Source: Oculina patagonica (Eukaryota). From it: a stretch of 64,000 bases of DNA. The notes under the pieces were generated by a model, which made no database searches, was not told the DNA's origin, and was given only the letters and a program-made list of their open reading frames with translations. Numbering within the stretch: the stretch's first letter is position 1; every line of letters begins with the position of its first letter. Both the position numbers and the translations under genes were made by a program. Of the stretch, positions 25,328-37,900 are shown piece after piece. Location of the stretch: contig NC_135761.1 in assembly GCF_052425735.1 (NCBI RefSeq), positions 13,392,001 through 13,456,000 of the forward strand. The letters run 5' to 3'.

Positions 25328-26602
25328 TTAATCCTCCTAGCGAAAACCTCGTTCCCAGTGTTTCTCTCCTTCCCGCCTCATTGAGTGTCTCGCTCCAGTC
25401 GCTCGGGGACGAGGAGAAGAGAGAGACCCTGAGAACGAAGACCCTCCTCTTCCTCTTCTCGCTACGCCGTTACCCGTTACACGCCTTAGGCCGTGTTCAC
25501 ACTTAGTTCCTGAGCACTGGTACCTGGGCACTGGCAAAAAATCGCGTTGTGTTCACACACAGAAAACCAAAGTACCGTTAGTGCCTAGCGAGAATCGTAC
25601 TTGGGCACCTCGCCCTAACCTGCGATCAGGCGTAGTATAAAGTAGGGAGGGAGGGCATGATCTCAGCTTAACCGTGCCCAGGCACTAAGTGTAAACACAG
25701 CCTACTAATAACAACCAATTTCATCCAACGCTCGAGTTTAATTTGATCAAGAGGAAAAATCTTTGAATTTTTTTCTGTCAATAGTTCTTTATGGCCCGGG
25801 CCAAACGTCGAACTTTACATGAGTCGAACCTAATGAGAATTAGTAAAAGCTATTGTTTTTGGTCATTTGCATTAGGTTCGACTCATGCCCGGAGACTCAT
25901 GTGAAGTTCGACGTTTGGCCCGGGCCTAAAGGTATGCACAAATCTTATCCCACATAAGCGAAAGAATTTTATTTCTGATTTACAATTGACAATTTTTAAT
26001 TTTTTTATTTTCATTTTCCCATCAAATCCCTACTCCCCTTTCCTCCTTTTAGCAACATCCCATTTGTTGCGACGCAGTGCTTTCAAAACCTGTGTTTTAC
26101 GTGCAGAAACACACAGGCGAAGCTGTCAAAGCTTGACATGTTCATGCTTCAAATGAAGTTCAAAGTACATAACAGTTGAAAAACGCGTCGACGGTGTAGG
26201 CGTGAAAAAAAACGCGGAAAAAAGTTGGCCGTTCACTGTAGCTCGAAAATTGTAGCATCTTTCTTGAAGATCTCAATTCAAATATAAGTCCATTAGTTTA
26301 CATCCGTGGAGTGGGGTCATCTGTGATTTGGGGGCTTATTTCCGGGTGGAGGAACCCGAGGCTCTACGGTATCTTGCCAGGGTGATTGCCTTCAATAATT
26401 CAACTTAGCACTAGTCTGCAAGGTTCGGAACATGGGTCTAAGTGTGTAGAAAAAGTTTGGAAAGTGAAGGAACAAGTGAACCTTATGTCATTATAGTCAG
26501 ATCTATGTACCTAAAAGGCGAAAATGCTGTTTATCTTTGAAAACAAAATTTTATTATTAGGGATAAGTTGTCTTTTTTCTGGATTGTGTGATTACTATGA
26601 TG

Positions 26603-27102
26603 NNNNNNNNNNNNNNNNNNNNNNNNNNNNNNNNNNNNNNNNNNNNNNNNNNNNNNNNNNNNNNNNNNNNNNNNNNNNNNNNNNNNNNNNNNNNNNNNNN
26701 NNNNNNNNNNNNNNNNNNNNNNNNNNNNNNNNNNNNNNNNNNNNNNNNNNNNNNNNNNNNNNNNNNNNNNNNNNNNNNNNNNNNNNNNNNNNNNNNNNNN
26801 NNNNNNNNNNNNNNNNNNNNNNNNNNNNNNNNNNNNNNNNNNNNNNNNNNNNNNNNNNNNNNNNNNNNNNNNNNNNNNNNNNNNNNNNNNNNNNNNNNNN
26901 NNNNNNNNNNNNNNNNNNNNNNNNNNNNNNNNNNNNNNNNNNNNNNNNNNNNNNNNNNNNNNNNNNNNNNNNNNNNNNNNNNNNNNNNNNNNNNNNNNNN
27001 NNNNNNNNNNNNNNNNNNNNNNNNNNNNNNNNNNNNNNNNNNNNNNNNNNNNNNNNNNNNNNNNNNNNNNNNNNNNNNNNNNNNNNNNNNNNNNNNNNNN
27101 NN
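26603..27102. other. Assembly gap (500 N)
   Basis: N run. Confidence 1.
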
Positions 27103-27127
27103 TTTTTTATTTATACCTCACTATAAT

Positions 27128-28358
27128 GAGGGTCTGAATGGGGGGGGGGTCCACATGTCGGTAGTCGGTTAAAAATTCCTTACATTGTCGGTTGTCGGTT
27201 AAAATTTTCGACCTTTGTCGGTTGCCGGTAAATCTCAGTTAATGATTAAAAGTACAAGTTAATTATTAATATTTGTTATTTAATTTACGCAGTTTTAAGA
27301 CTTTAAACTCTAGACGATATGAAAATTTGTAATAATTCATTATTTGGTTGCACTTAAACCTCGTTACCTCTGTTTTTTAAGCAACGTGTTCGTCTAGTAC
27401 CGATAAAATCAGTTTGCATCAGCAAATGCTCGTCAAATATTATTTACACATCGAGCGAAACTGAAATTTGGACCGTTCTCAGAAAAGAATAAATTCAAAG
27501 GCACCAATAAAACATAAACTCTTTTACTCGCTTCTCCTATTTGTAAGGGATTTTTCTTTTCAATTTTTGCTTTCCTGAAGAATGGACGGTGTATACAAAC
27601 ATTCCGTTCAACAAAACAGCAAATAAAAAACGTGGAACCAAAGGTTAACCACGTTCATGGCTTAATATTTAACTACAGAACAGCATGTGAAACATTTAAC
27701 TTCGCTGGACACTAAAACTAATACGGCTAATAGAACGTTCCACACACCGTTGAGCTCACTGCTGCTTTCATCCGATATTAAATTTGGAAGCTCAAGCAGC
27801 CACTGCCCATCTGTTACAATTGCAAATTTTCGCATTTTCCCATTAGCGTTTTCGCCAGGCGAAATAACTTCAGCAAGAACCCGCCAATGCCAAATTAGCT
27901 TGGAAACACCTTTATGAGATTTTTTCCACCGGAACCCGGCTACGATGGCGATCGATGGCAACCTCCTCGCCTTACAATCACTTTAACAATCCCGCTCGTG
28001 GCCTGTCACCACATGAATAACCAACGGGCAGTGAAAATATAAGCCTTGTGGCCTCGATTACCAGCCACTGTTCTACAAATGAACCTCCGCTGCTGCTCGA
28101 AAAGGTGACAGGAAACTTTATAATTGACTAAATTTTAAATTGGTGTGGTTACTTCTGAAAAAGACATTTCCTAAGCTAGACATAAATTCAAAATGCTGTT
28201 CTTTCTGAATACAAATTAACGTCCGTATAACATCGGACCATGTCGGTTGTCGGTTAGAATTTATTTGTCGCTAATCGGTAACTTTTTCGTCGTTTTGTCG
28301 GTAGTCGGTAATATTTTTCGCCCTTTGTCGCTAGTCGGTTAACCCCATTCAGACCCTC
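27128..28358. mobile_element. Non-autonomous DNA transposon with 16-bp TIR and 6-bp TSD
   Basis: GAGGGTCTGAATGGGG...CCCCATTCAGACCCTC flanked by TATAAT. The empty site is present in the paralog at 5851-5856. Subterminal GTCGGT arrays. Confidence 0.9.
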
Positions 28359-28879
28359 TATAATTCATCTACGTATCGGGGGAGGGGGAAGGGAATCCCA
28401 TATGAAAGCGACGGGTATGCTTGTCGTCTCGCTTAGGGGTGTAAATTATTGGATTTTGGTCTCACTTCAGGTGTTCCGGGTAAAGCGTCAATATTTTTAG
28501 CCATCACGGTCTCGTTTAGGGTTGCAGGAATATAAATTCTATAGAAATTATTCAATTTGGTATCTTTTAGGGGTCAAAAAGCTTGGGCCATTCCCAAAGT
28601 TCAATGAGACACCTTATGTGGAATACACCATGAGTGTTTGTACATGCTCTGAGTGGTCGCCTTCTGTCCCATACATGAAGCCGTTGCCGAGGGGTAAAGC
28701 CTGTCGGTGGAAACGAGCTGGCATTTTAGCTAACAAGTTTTGTAGGTGAGTTTTTGCGTCATTTCCTCTTGCTCTTATCACAACTATCTTTCCACTGAAG
28801 TGACCTATCATTTTTTTACGGATCGACTGATTAATCAGTGGATTTATTTATTACTGGGCCGGGCACCGTTATGAACAGC

Positions 28880-29170
28880 ACAGACGTTTTTTGGACCATG
28901 GAAGGTAAACCGGAAGTGGTGTCTTGTTTGGTGCTTGCAATTGCAAACACAAAAACAAGATGGCAGCTTCTGGTTGCTGCCCATTGTTCAAAAACGTCTG
29001 AGTTCAAAATCCTGGCCAGACCAATCAGTGAGGAAGAATCTTGTGAATGATCTTACGTGCGATGTGACCGATTTTTATCGATTTCCTTCGGGTTTTTTTT
29101 CATCTGGATCGATTCTCATTGCATCGACTCAAAAACTCGTAGAAAGGGATCAATACTTATTTATTTAAAG
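28880..29170 (+). promoter_or_regulatory. Probable EDC4 promoter/5' region
   Basis: ETS-like CCGGAAGTG at ~28910 and YY1-like AAGATGGC at ~28957, upstream of the first candidate exon. Both are typical of housekeeping promoters. TSS unknown. Confidence 0.45.
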
Positions 29171-29326
29171 GTTAGAGAGGAGCAACAAGCTCAGCTTGCA
29201 GGTGGCGGCCTAAAGTATGCTATGCTGGATGACACCTTTGAGCATCTCCGCCATGCAGTCACTTTTCCCTGTACTGCCGGAGCTAGCCTCTCTTCTTCAC
29301 ACCTCGTACCATCAATTAAGTCACAG
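29171..29326 (+). CDS. EDC4: Putative first coding exon of EDC4 (possible GC donor)
   Basis: Open frame ...MLDDTFEHLRHAVTFPCTAGASLSSSHLVPSIKSQ ends at CAG|gcatga, in frame (phase 0) with exon 31868. Translation could instead start at the ATG at 31880. Confidence 0.45.
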
Positions 29327-31867
29327 GCATGATTACCTTTGACTTAAAAATATTAAATTTGTATACATGTACGTAATAGGATAATTTACATGCCAGGGTA
29401 TTCATTAAGAATTGTAGTAGCAGGAGAATAGTGTATAGTAACCGGAGAATGATTTTTTAAGGTTCCGCATGCATCGATCTTTATCAAAAAATAGTTTCAA
29501 GCCTTTGAAATTTAGCCGGAGAATATTCTACGTAGTAGAAGGAGAATTCTCCGATCTCCGATGCCTAATGAACACCCTGTCCAGTCATGCTATTGAATTT
29601 GGAAGTAATTGGATAAAAAAAAATTCAAGGACTGAGCCAAGGAGGACGTAGACTGAGTTCATGTACTGCATTGATTGATGAAAGTTAAAAACAGTGTTGG
29701 AACGAGCTTCATACTATTCGTCTCAGACGTCCGTGGACAAGGGCTTTTTTTCGGCCCGCTTCAGGGACCATTGGTTTTAGTCTGCTGTTAAAAATTGTGG
29801 TCACATGATAATGTTTTTACGGCGCTGCGGTTTGTAAAACACTGATCACGTGATGCCATTTTAGCTTCACGTGATCAGTGTTTTGCAAACCGCAGCGCCG
29901 TTAACTGCAGTGTCAAACTGCACAAGGTAAAAGCCCACAAATCATGAAGTCGTGTAGGCCTGCCAACTTGTTAACAGTAAAACCACAAACCAGACAGGGT
30001 CACTATAAGAATGAGCTTTTGTTAAAAATGTTCACAGGCGTTCTCTTGCCTTTCGCTCCACACCCCTCCTCTAATTTTTTGCTCACCATTATTCGCGCTG
30101 CTCCCCCGGGGGGGGGGGGGGGACTCCCACATGAAACGGACGGGGATGCTTCGTCGGAAATTTTGAAAAGAACCCCTAAAAGAGACCAATCTGGGTGTGG
30201 CTCAAGCTTTTCTTGACCCCTAAAAGATACCAAAAAACTAAGAATGGAGTTTATATTTGTATATTTTTTCGTGTGTTACCCTAAACGAGACCATTTTGGC
30301 TAAAAATATTGGCGTTTTGGGCGTTTTGCCCGGAACACCCTAAGGGAGACCAAAAATCCAAAATTTACACCCCTAAGCGAGACGACGAGCATCCCCGTCA
30401 CTTTCATATGCGAGTCCCCCCCAGGGGCTGCTCCCCAACTAACCGAACGCCTGGAACAGGCTTATATTTTACTATAAACCAGATACTCCTGTATAAAATA
30501 AATAAATAATTAAATACATTTTCATGCTATGAAAAAAAATATTTTTTATTAGGCTAAAATTTTATAAATAAACACTATTACATTATTCATAAAAAATGTG
30601 TCAACATTGCAACTTTCCGATCTTTGCAAACAACTTGGAGTGTTGACAGTCGTCGAGTTATCAATAATTTTCCAAATATTTTTATAGTTTTAGAGCTAGT
30701 GAATTATGAGTAAAATAGTTTTGTGCTATTATAGTGAGTTCAGAAATCAGTACAGCACACAATTGTCATAACGATTTACGTACGTTATTGGTAGGAAAAT
30801 CACTGGCATGCTAAAAACAGCTCAAGCAGCTCTATTTACACCTTATTCTTCTTAAGGTGAATTATACTGAATTTATTGATGGAATTTTGATTTTATTCTT
30901 TGCTGCAATATTCCATTTTTGAAGAGTATATTTGGTGTTTAAACTTTGACAGTGTTTAAACAGGACTCTTAATATGTCATGTGGATTAATGTCTTGATCG
31001 ATTATGAGACAGGTACATGCATGGTAATTTGGCTGAAATTTGCATATTTAATAAACTTTGGCTGCAATTACTCAACCATGAAATGTTACACTCGGTGTTT
31101 TCTTATCATGCATTATGTTTGCCAGTCACATTTTTACCCCTAATCCATAATACCAAAAGAGAGGCAAAACATTCTGGTGTATTGAATTGAATTGGCTCCA
31201 AAAAAGTGAAGCCAGACATTCTTAAGCTTGTCCGAGGATTTAAACGTCATACTAAAAGATTTATCACAACATCAATTAAAACACGCTGCTACCCTTCCCA
31301 ATTAACAGTTTCTTTTACCATCCAGCAGTGATCCAGAATTAGGGTGCATGGTCACGTGACCAGCATGGTTTTAAGCTCTATGAGCTTCTTTTTTTGTTTC
31401 TTGGGAGTATAAAACTTACATAAGAACTTAATCGGTATGAATTTTCACAAATGCAGTGTCTGATAGCTAATGCTGCTAGTACTGTAAAATGGCATCACCT
31501 GCATACATGTATTTATGTCAGAGAATCAGTATGTTTATTTCGTAATAATTTATTGTTGCCATTTTGCAAGCTTTTCGCTCATGAATCTTCTGTCACTGTT
31601 GACCAGAATGTTTTTTTTTTTTTGGAAATAAATGTCTTATATTTTAGAAAATGTTTAATATTATATACCAGGGGCTCTTCTTTCATTCTTGCCTTTTCTT
31701 TGCCGATTTTTTTTTCCGCCTGTATAGACTTTCCTCTGCCACCACTAACTGCCCCTGAGGGGGGCAGTCAGTTAGTTCTTATAATTAAGCATCACACTGT
31801 AATAGTTACAAGTTATAAGAATAGTGTTCAAAACTAAATTCAATTTTTGTGTTATATTTTCTTATAG

Positions 31868-31953
31868 GGGAAGGAACAAATGTCTGATGTGTCAACCTCA
31901 GAGAGTGAAGGAGTTGCTTCAAGAATGTCACTTGAACCTGTCAAACAAGTCAT
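31868..31953 (+). CDS. EDC4: EDC4 exon
   Basis: tatag acceptor, GKEQMSDVSTSESEGVASRMSLEPVKQV, gtaagc donor. Confidence 0.75.
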
Positions 31954-34900
31954 GTAAGCTGTTGATTTCATTATTATTATTTTGAAGTTGCATCCCTGTT
32001 TGATAAACCAGCAGTTTCAAGTGGAAAGTACATTAAAGTGCTAGAAAAAATACTGAATATTGGTGTGAGCATCTGGCACCATACAATGAGACAAAAACTT
32101 CCTTTCTACGTACTGCCCCACCAAATATCAATAAACAGACACATTGACACAACAGGGGAGCAAGCAGGCTGGGGTTTTGTTGTGGCATAGGAATGTGATA
32201 CTTTCTCAGTCTTCTCAAAAGGCCAGTTGTCCTACTTAATTACCCAACCATGGAGCTCGCATGCTGCCTCACCCACCCATACACAACAGATGGGTATGGT
32301 TAATTTTCTGGCACAACATATATTATCAGATTGTATCAATGTCAATACTTGCAACCTCATCAATAAAAGATTCTATCTCCTGGGAGGAAATGATTTAAGA
32401 TTCCAACCAAGAAATGCTCACAACAATGATGTATGGTTAACTCAATCTAGAATTTGATTTGAGAGAAGATCAAATTTCATGGGCATACCTTCTACCTTTG
32501 AGGGTAGCAAGCGAACCTTATGTACGCTCCTTTCAATACAAGATGTTAAATTCTATTCTCTTTTCAAATGACCGTCTGTTTAAAATAGGCTACGTAACAA
32601 ATCCTAACTGTACTTTTTGTCAAGTGAGTAGAGAAACTATCAATCACTTTTTGTTTGAATGCACTTTTTCGGAATACGGTGACCGTTAATATTTTGAATA
32701 GGCTTGGTAATGCGGGTGTCTTTTGTTACGTGATGTTATTATTGGAATTCTGAAGGAGGGAATGGACTTGGTAAACTATATAATAATTTTAGGAAAAACG
32801 TATCTTTGGACCTGTAAACGAAAAGGAATTAAACCCAACTTTGATCACTTCAAACAAATTTTAGAAATCAAATACGAAACTGAAAAATATATAGCTTTTA
32901 TAAGACAAATCAGATTAACGTGTTCAACAAAAAATGGAAATTAGCATTTGAGGAAAACGTCTAGAATAAGTTAAGTTAAGTAATAAGTTAGGTAAGGTAA
33001 AGTAATTACTCCTGTTGTACTTATAATTTTGTATGCTTTAGTATACGGTGCCTTGAAAAACTAAATTGTAAAGTTAAAATCTATTGCACATAAGTATAGG
33101 TTAAATCTTATCCCTTTATTTTGTAAAGTGTTGATTATCAATAAATTAAAAAAAAAATGATGTATGGTATTACATGTCTACTGTGTTGTTACAGAAAATA
33201 TCCATACCCTTTCCACAGAAGGATTTTTGGTTTGAATCCCCCAACCCCTCCAGAAATTCCAGTGATTAAAGCCCCATACTTTCCTTTAAAAATTTTGGCT
33301 TTTGCATGAGACCCCCGGCCCCACCCCCTTGGAATTTCCATGGGGTGGGTATGGATATTTTCTGGAACTGCACATTACCCTTTTTGTGTCTTTTACAGTC
33401 ACATGACAGGAAATGATAATGAAGGCAGTAAATCAGTGTATGGAAATGATGTTGAAATTATAACCAGTGAAGCAGCCATTCCAAAAAGTGGCACAGCTAG
33501 TAATAAGGTAAGATCAAATACCGTAGTGCATGTGTGATAAACGGGGACAATTTTCAAGAAGTAACTGATTGGTTAAATGCTGTAAACAGTTTCCTTTCAG
33601 AATTGATCAAAATATTTTTCCCCGGCTGTTGCTTATTTTTCTGGTCTATCCCATCCTCCATACTGAGAGGAAACCAAGATAGTGATGATGATATTTTCTA
33701 TTTGTTTGCTCACCTCTCTATCTCTGAAAGTTGTTTAACAGGCTCATCTAACAGGATCATATTTTTGTAATCCCTGTTCAATGAAGTATACTGACTCATA
33801 TTTGATTTATTGTTTTACAGATTAAGTTTAATTCAATGGCTAATTATGTCTGGGAGCTGAGGTATTACAGAGGATGTCTGATAGCTGTTAGCAGCAAGTC
33901 TATTGCTTATGCTCTCAGAGGTACAGACAACAGTTGCTTTAAGGCCAGATGAAATGAAAATGAGTTAATAAAAGCTTAGGGATATTAGAGATTGCTTTAC
34001 GTAACTCTCATCAGATCATCAGCACATCAGCTGTGAGCATGTGAAATTTGACACATCTGCCCAGCAAATAAATATTTAAGGTTAAATTTGATAAGAATGC
34101 ATGATGCATGTAGTTGGTAGCTATGTAGTGAAACAATGGAGAGCAAACGTTTGAACTCTCATTGACTTCTGTTGACTTTCATTCTTGTTTAACATTTATT
34201 GAAGCATTTGTCCCTGCCCCACCATTTTTTTGCCTTTCACTCCACAGTGCTTAATAAGCTTAAAAGCTTATTATTGCTCTTTTTTGCAGCACATACTCAT
34301 GCAGCCTGCTAAGAAAGATGTCTTGAACAGTTAAATTATATGACCAAGGATCTGGCACCAACAGTGTAATATTCGAAATGCGCATGCTTAACATATGGCC
34401 CTACAAAGAGAGGGCCTGGGCCTAAGTATATTACACTCCTTCCCAACAAGAGGAATTGTTAACAGGAACGAAATGACACTAATGTCTAAACTATGCAAAT
34501 CAAAGTCAAAGTCTGAGAGTTCATTTCAAAGTTCACAAAATAAGTCTCTTGCCTGATCTCCTTCTCAAAGTTCAGTTCAAAGTTCACAAATAAGTCTCTT
34601 AGGTGGTCTCCTTTCCCGCTGACATACCTCGGTTGCTGACAAGCCAACTCCGGCGAGTTTGGAGAAGTGGACTCCTTAGGATTCGGTCCCACCGACCAGT
34701 GTTCTCAGCAACACTGGTCGGTGTGGAAGCAATAATGGGAGACTCCAAAACAATGGTAGAACCACTTGTCATCGATCCACGAAACTCTGACTCATCCATG
34801 GACGGGAAGCAGTTCCTCCAGTGGTGCACTCATGTCAGTCACAAGACCAGACGGATCACATGCAGTGGACTTCAGGTGGTCAACATGAACAAATCGCACT

Positions 34901-37900
34901 TGGTTCCCACAACGGACTAGGTATGTACGCGGACCTTTCACTTGAGTAATTCGCCCAGGAATCCACCTTTCCACTCCCTGTCGCCAGTTACGAACTAGAA
35001 CCACCTCATTTACTTTGAGTACTCGAGCCTTTACTCTTACTTCATCATGGTGTTGCTTCTGATTTATCTGTTGTTCATCAACAGCTTTGTTCAGGCTGGG
35101 CTTAAGTAGTGTGAAGGAATTTCTGATCTGTCGTCTTAAGAAAAGCTGAGCTGGTGACTGTCCAGTGACAGTATGTGGCGTACTGCGGTACATGATAAGG
35201 AAGTTAGCCAACCGGTGCTCCAGACTGAGTTTACTTGTTTTAATATTCAGTACTTGCTTAGCCAGGACCACTTTAGTTGTCTGCACTGAACGCTCAGCAG
35301 CTCCATTTGACGCTGGGTGGTATGGTGGTACGTGGGTGAACTTGACACCATTCTGTTTCATGAACTGAGAAAACTCTTCTGAAGCTAGCTGAGGCCCATT
35401 GTCGGAGAGACTACTTCTTCGGGCAGACCATAACGAGCAAACAGCGAGCGCAACACCTCAATGGTTTTCAGACTGGTCGTGGATGTCATAGGAATCACTT
35501 CCAACCATTTGGAATAGGCATCAACCATAATAAGAAAATTAAAGTCGACTTGTCCTTCTGCCAAAAATCAAGGTTAATTCTCTTGCAGGGCTTAACAGGC
35601 CATTTCCATGGGTGTAAGGGTGCCTTTGGCGGAGACTTGACGACTGACGCACAGACTTGACAACCACTGACCCTCTGGGCAATGTCTGCATCTAATCCTG
35701 ACCACCAAAGATACCCTCTTGCTAATGACTTCATACGGCAGATCCCATGATGCTCTTGATGCAATTCATCTAAAAGGCGATCCTGATACCTTCCGGGAAT
35801 AACAACTCTCAACCCCCACAGCACGCAACCTTGATCCACAGAAAGTTCCTCTCTGCGTGAAAAATAGGGCTGTAACAAGGGATCCTCAATGGCTTGGGGC
35901 CACCCATGCAAGGTCATATCATACACACGAGCTAGAACTGGATCTTTTCTGGTGGCAGAAGCCAAGTCTCCAGCAGTAATAGGTAGTTCATCTACATAAC
36001 TGATCACAAACGCCTCAATTTCAAATTCATCCTTTGCAGTCGACTGTGCCAATCTCGACATAGCATCGGCATTGGCATGTTCGGCTGATTTCCGATATTC
36101 AATGTCATATTGGTAAGATGCCAAAATCAGGGCCCATCGTTGCATTCTTGCGGCCGCCAGTGTAGGAACACCCGTCTTGGGTCCTAATATGGTGACAGGG
36201 ACTTGTGATCTGTGATCAATGTGAACTGCTGCCCACATAAGAATGGAACGTTTTCATCCCAAATACAATTGAGAGCGCTTCTTTTTCAATCTGCGAGTTC
36301 ACTAGCAGAAAGAGTCCGAGAGGCAAATGCAATGGGCCTCTCTTCATCATTCTCCATCACATGGGAGATTACGGCATCAACGTCATAAGCTGATGTATCA
36401 CAAGCCAGACGAAGGGGTTTCTTGAGATCGTAATGGACAAGGAGAGGTGAAGCTTGAAGCTGCTCCTTACTTCTTACAAACGCCCTCTCACATTCTTCTG
36501 TCCACTTCCAAGGGGCATCTTTCTGTAAAAGGTCATGAAGGGGGCGGAGAATCGTGGCTAGTTCCGGAACAAACTTGTCATAGTAGTTGAGCAATCCCAG
36601 ATATGATTTCAATTCGGTGACATTGGTTGGACTTTTGGTCGGCTACCATGCTCTTGCAACCACTTGAACACTTCCTCCAAAATCTCCAAGTGTTCCTCTG
36701 TAGAGTAGAGCGGCCTGAAACCAGGATGTCATCCAACCGACAGACAGTAAACTTCACTCCTTGAAGTAGTTGATCCATAATACGCTAGAGAATTGCTGGT
36801 GCCGGCACAGGAGACCCCAAATGGCAACCGTTTGTAACGATGCAACCCCTTGTGAGTATTGATGGTTAGATGCTTCTGGGACTCTTCAGCTAATTCAATT
36901 TGCTGATAGACATAAGATAAATCAATCTTGCTAAAGATGCGCCCCCTGCCAAAGTTGCAAACAGATCCTCGGCATTAGGCAATGGATACTGATCAATATC
37001 AGCACTCTGATTTACAGTTGTCTTGTAATTTCCACATACATGCAGGGAACCATCTTTCTTAGGAACCAAGACCACCGGAGCCGCCCACTCACTTTGATTC
37101 ACCTTGTAGATAATCCCCTCCTCTTCCAGTCGCTGCAACTCTTGTTCCACTTTGTCCTTGAGTGCATAGGGGACCAGCGTGCCTTCAGGAAAATAGGCTT
37201 TGCATGGTCCTGAATCTTAATGGAAGCTTTAAACTGCTTAAGGTGTCCATATCCACTTTCAAACAAAGCTGCATAACTTGAGGCAAGTCCCACTGCTGCA
37301 TTCTCTTGGGTGACCTTGAAAATATTTGCCCAGTCCAGTTTCAATTTTTCCAGCCAGTTACGTCCAAGTAGTATAGGCTTGTCCCCTTTGGCTACAATCA
37401 GTGGCAACTGTGCTTCTTGAGATTGATACTTCACAGACACCTTGTTCGGGACAATTCACAGAATCTTTTCAACACGCAGTCGTAAACTCAACGCTTTAAT
37501 TGCGATGCTCGATGTACCAATGTACAAACATCTCCACGGCTTGACAACTTGATCGACACACTGACTTGTTACGCCTACGGTAAAAAACTGAACAAAACAA
37601 ACCTAATTTTACAATACATTCGGAATATAGGAAAAAACGGGAACTATGAAATCAAAACTTACATGTTCTGTGCGGTTTAGGTGGTAAAAACTGTATCAAA
37701 AAACAACACTGTCGAGCAATCCGCCCGACACGAAACTCTTTCCATCACAAACCATGTGCGATCGAGTCACGCGACTCGACCCAGTCCGAGCAACTTGTGC
37801 ATAGTTAATAACAGACCTAAATCAATTTCCGGTTATTAAGTTCGGCCGCTAGTCGGCCTCAACATCCACCCCGCCTTGGGGCGATCTCCTAAAGCGTCCC

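Noticed and set aside
26524-27172. ORFs of 194-200 aa (and 60204-60614)
   Set aside because: They are translations of N gaps.
28614-28900. Divergent minus-strand ORF MIGHFSGKIV... also present at 6132-6359
   Set aside because: Short and unrecognised, frameshifted in one copy; the similarity is explained by the duplication.
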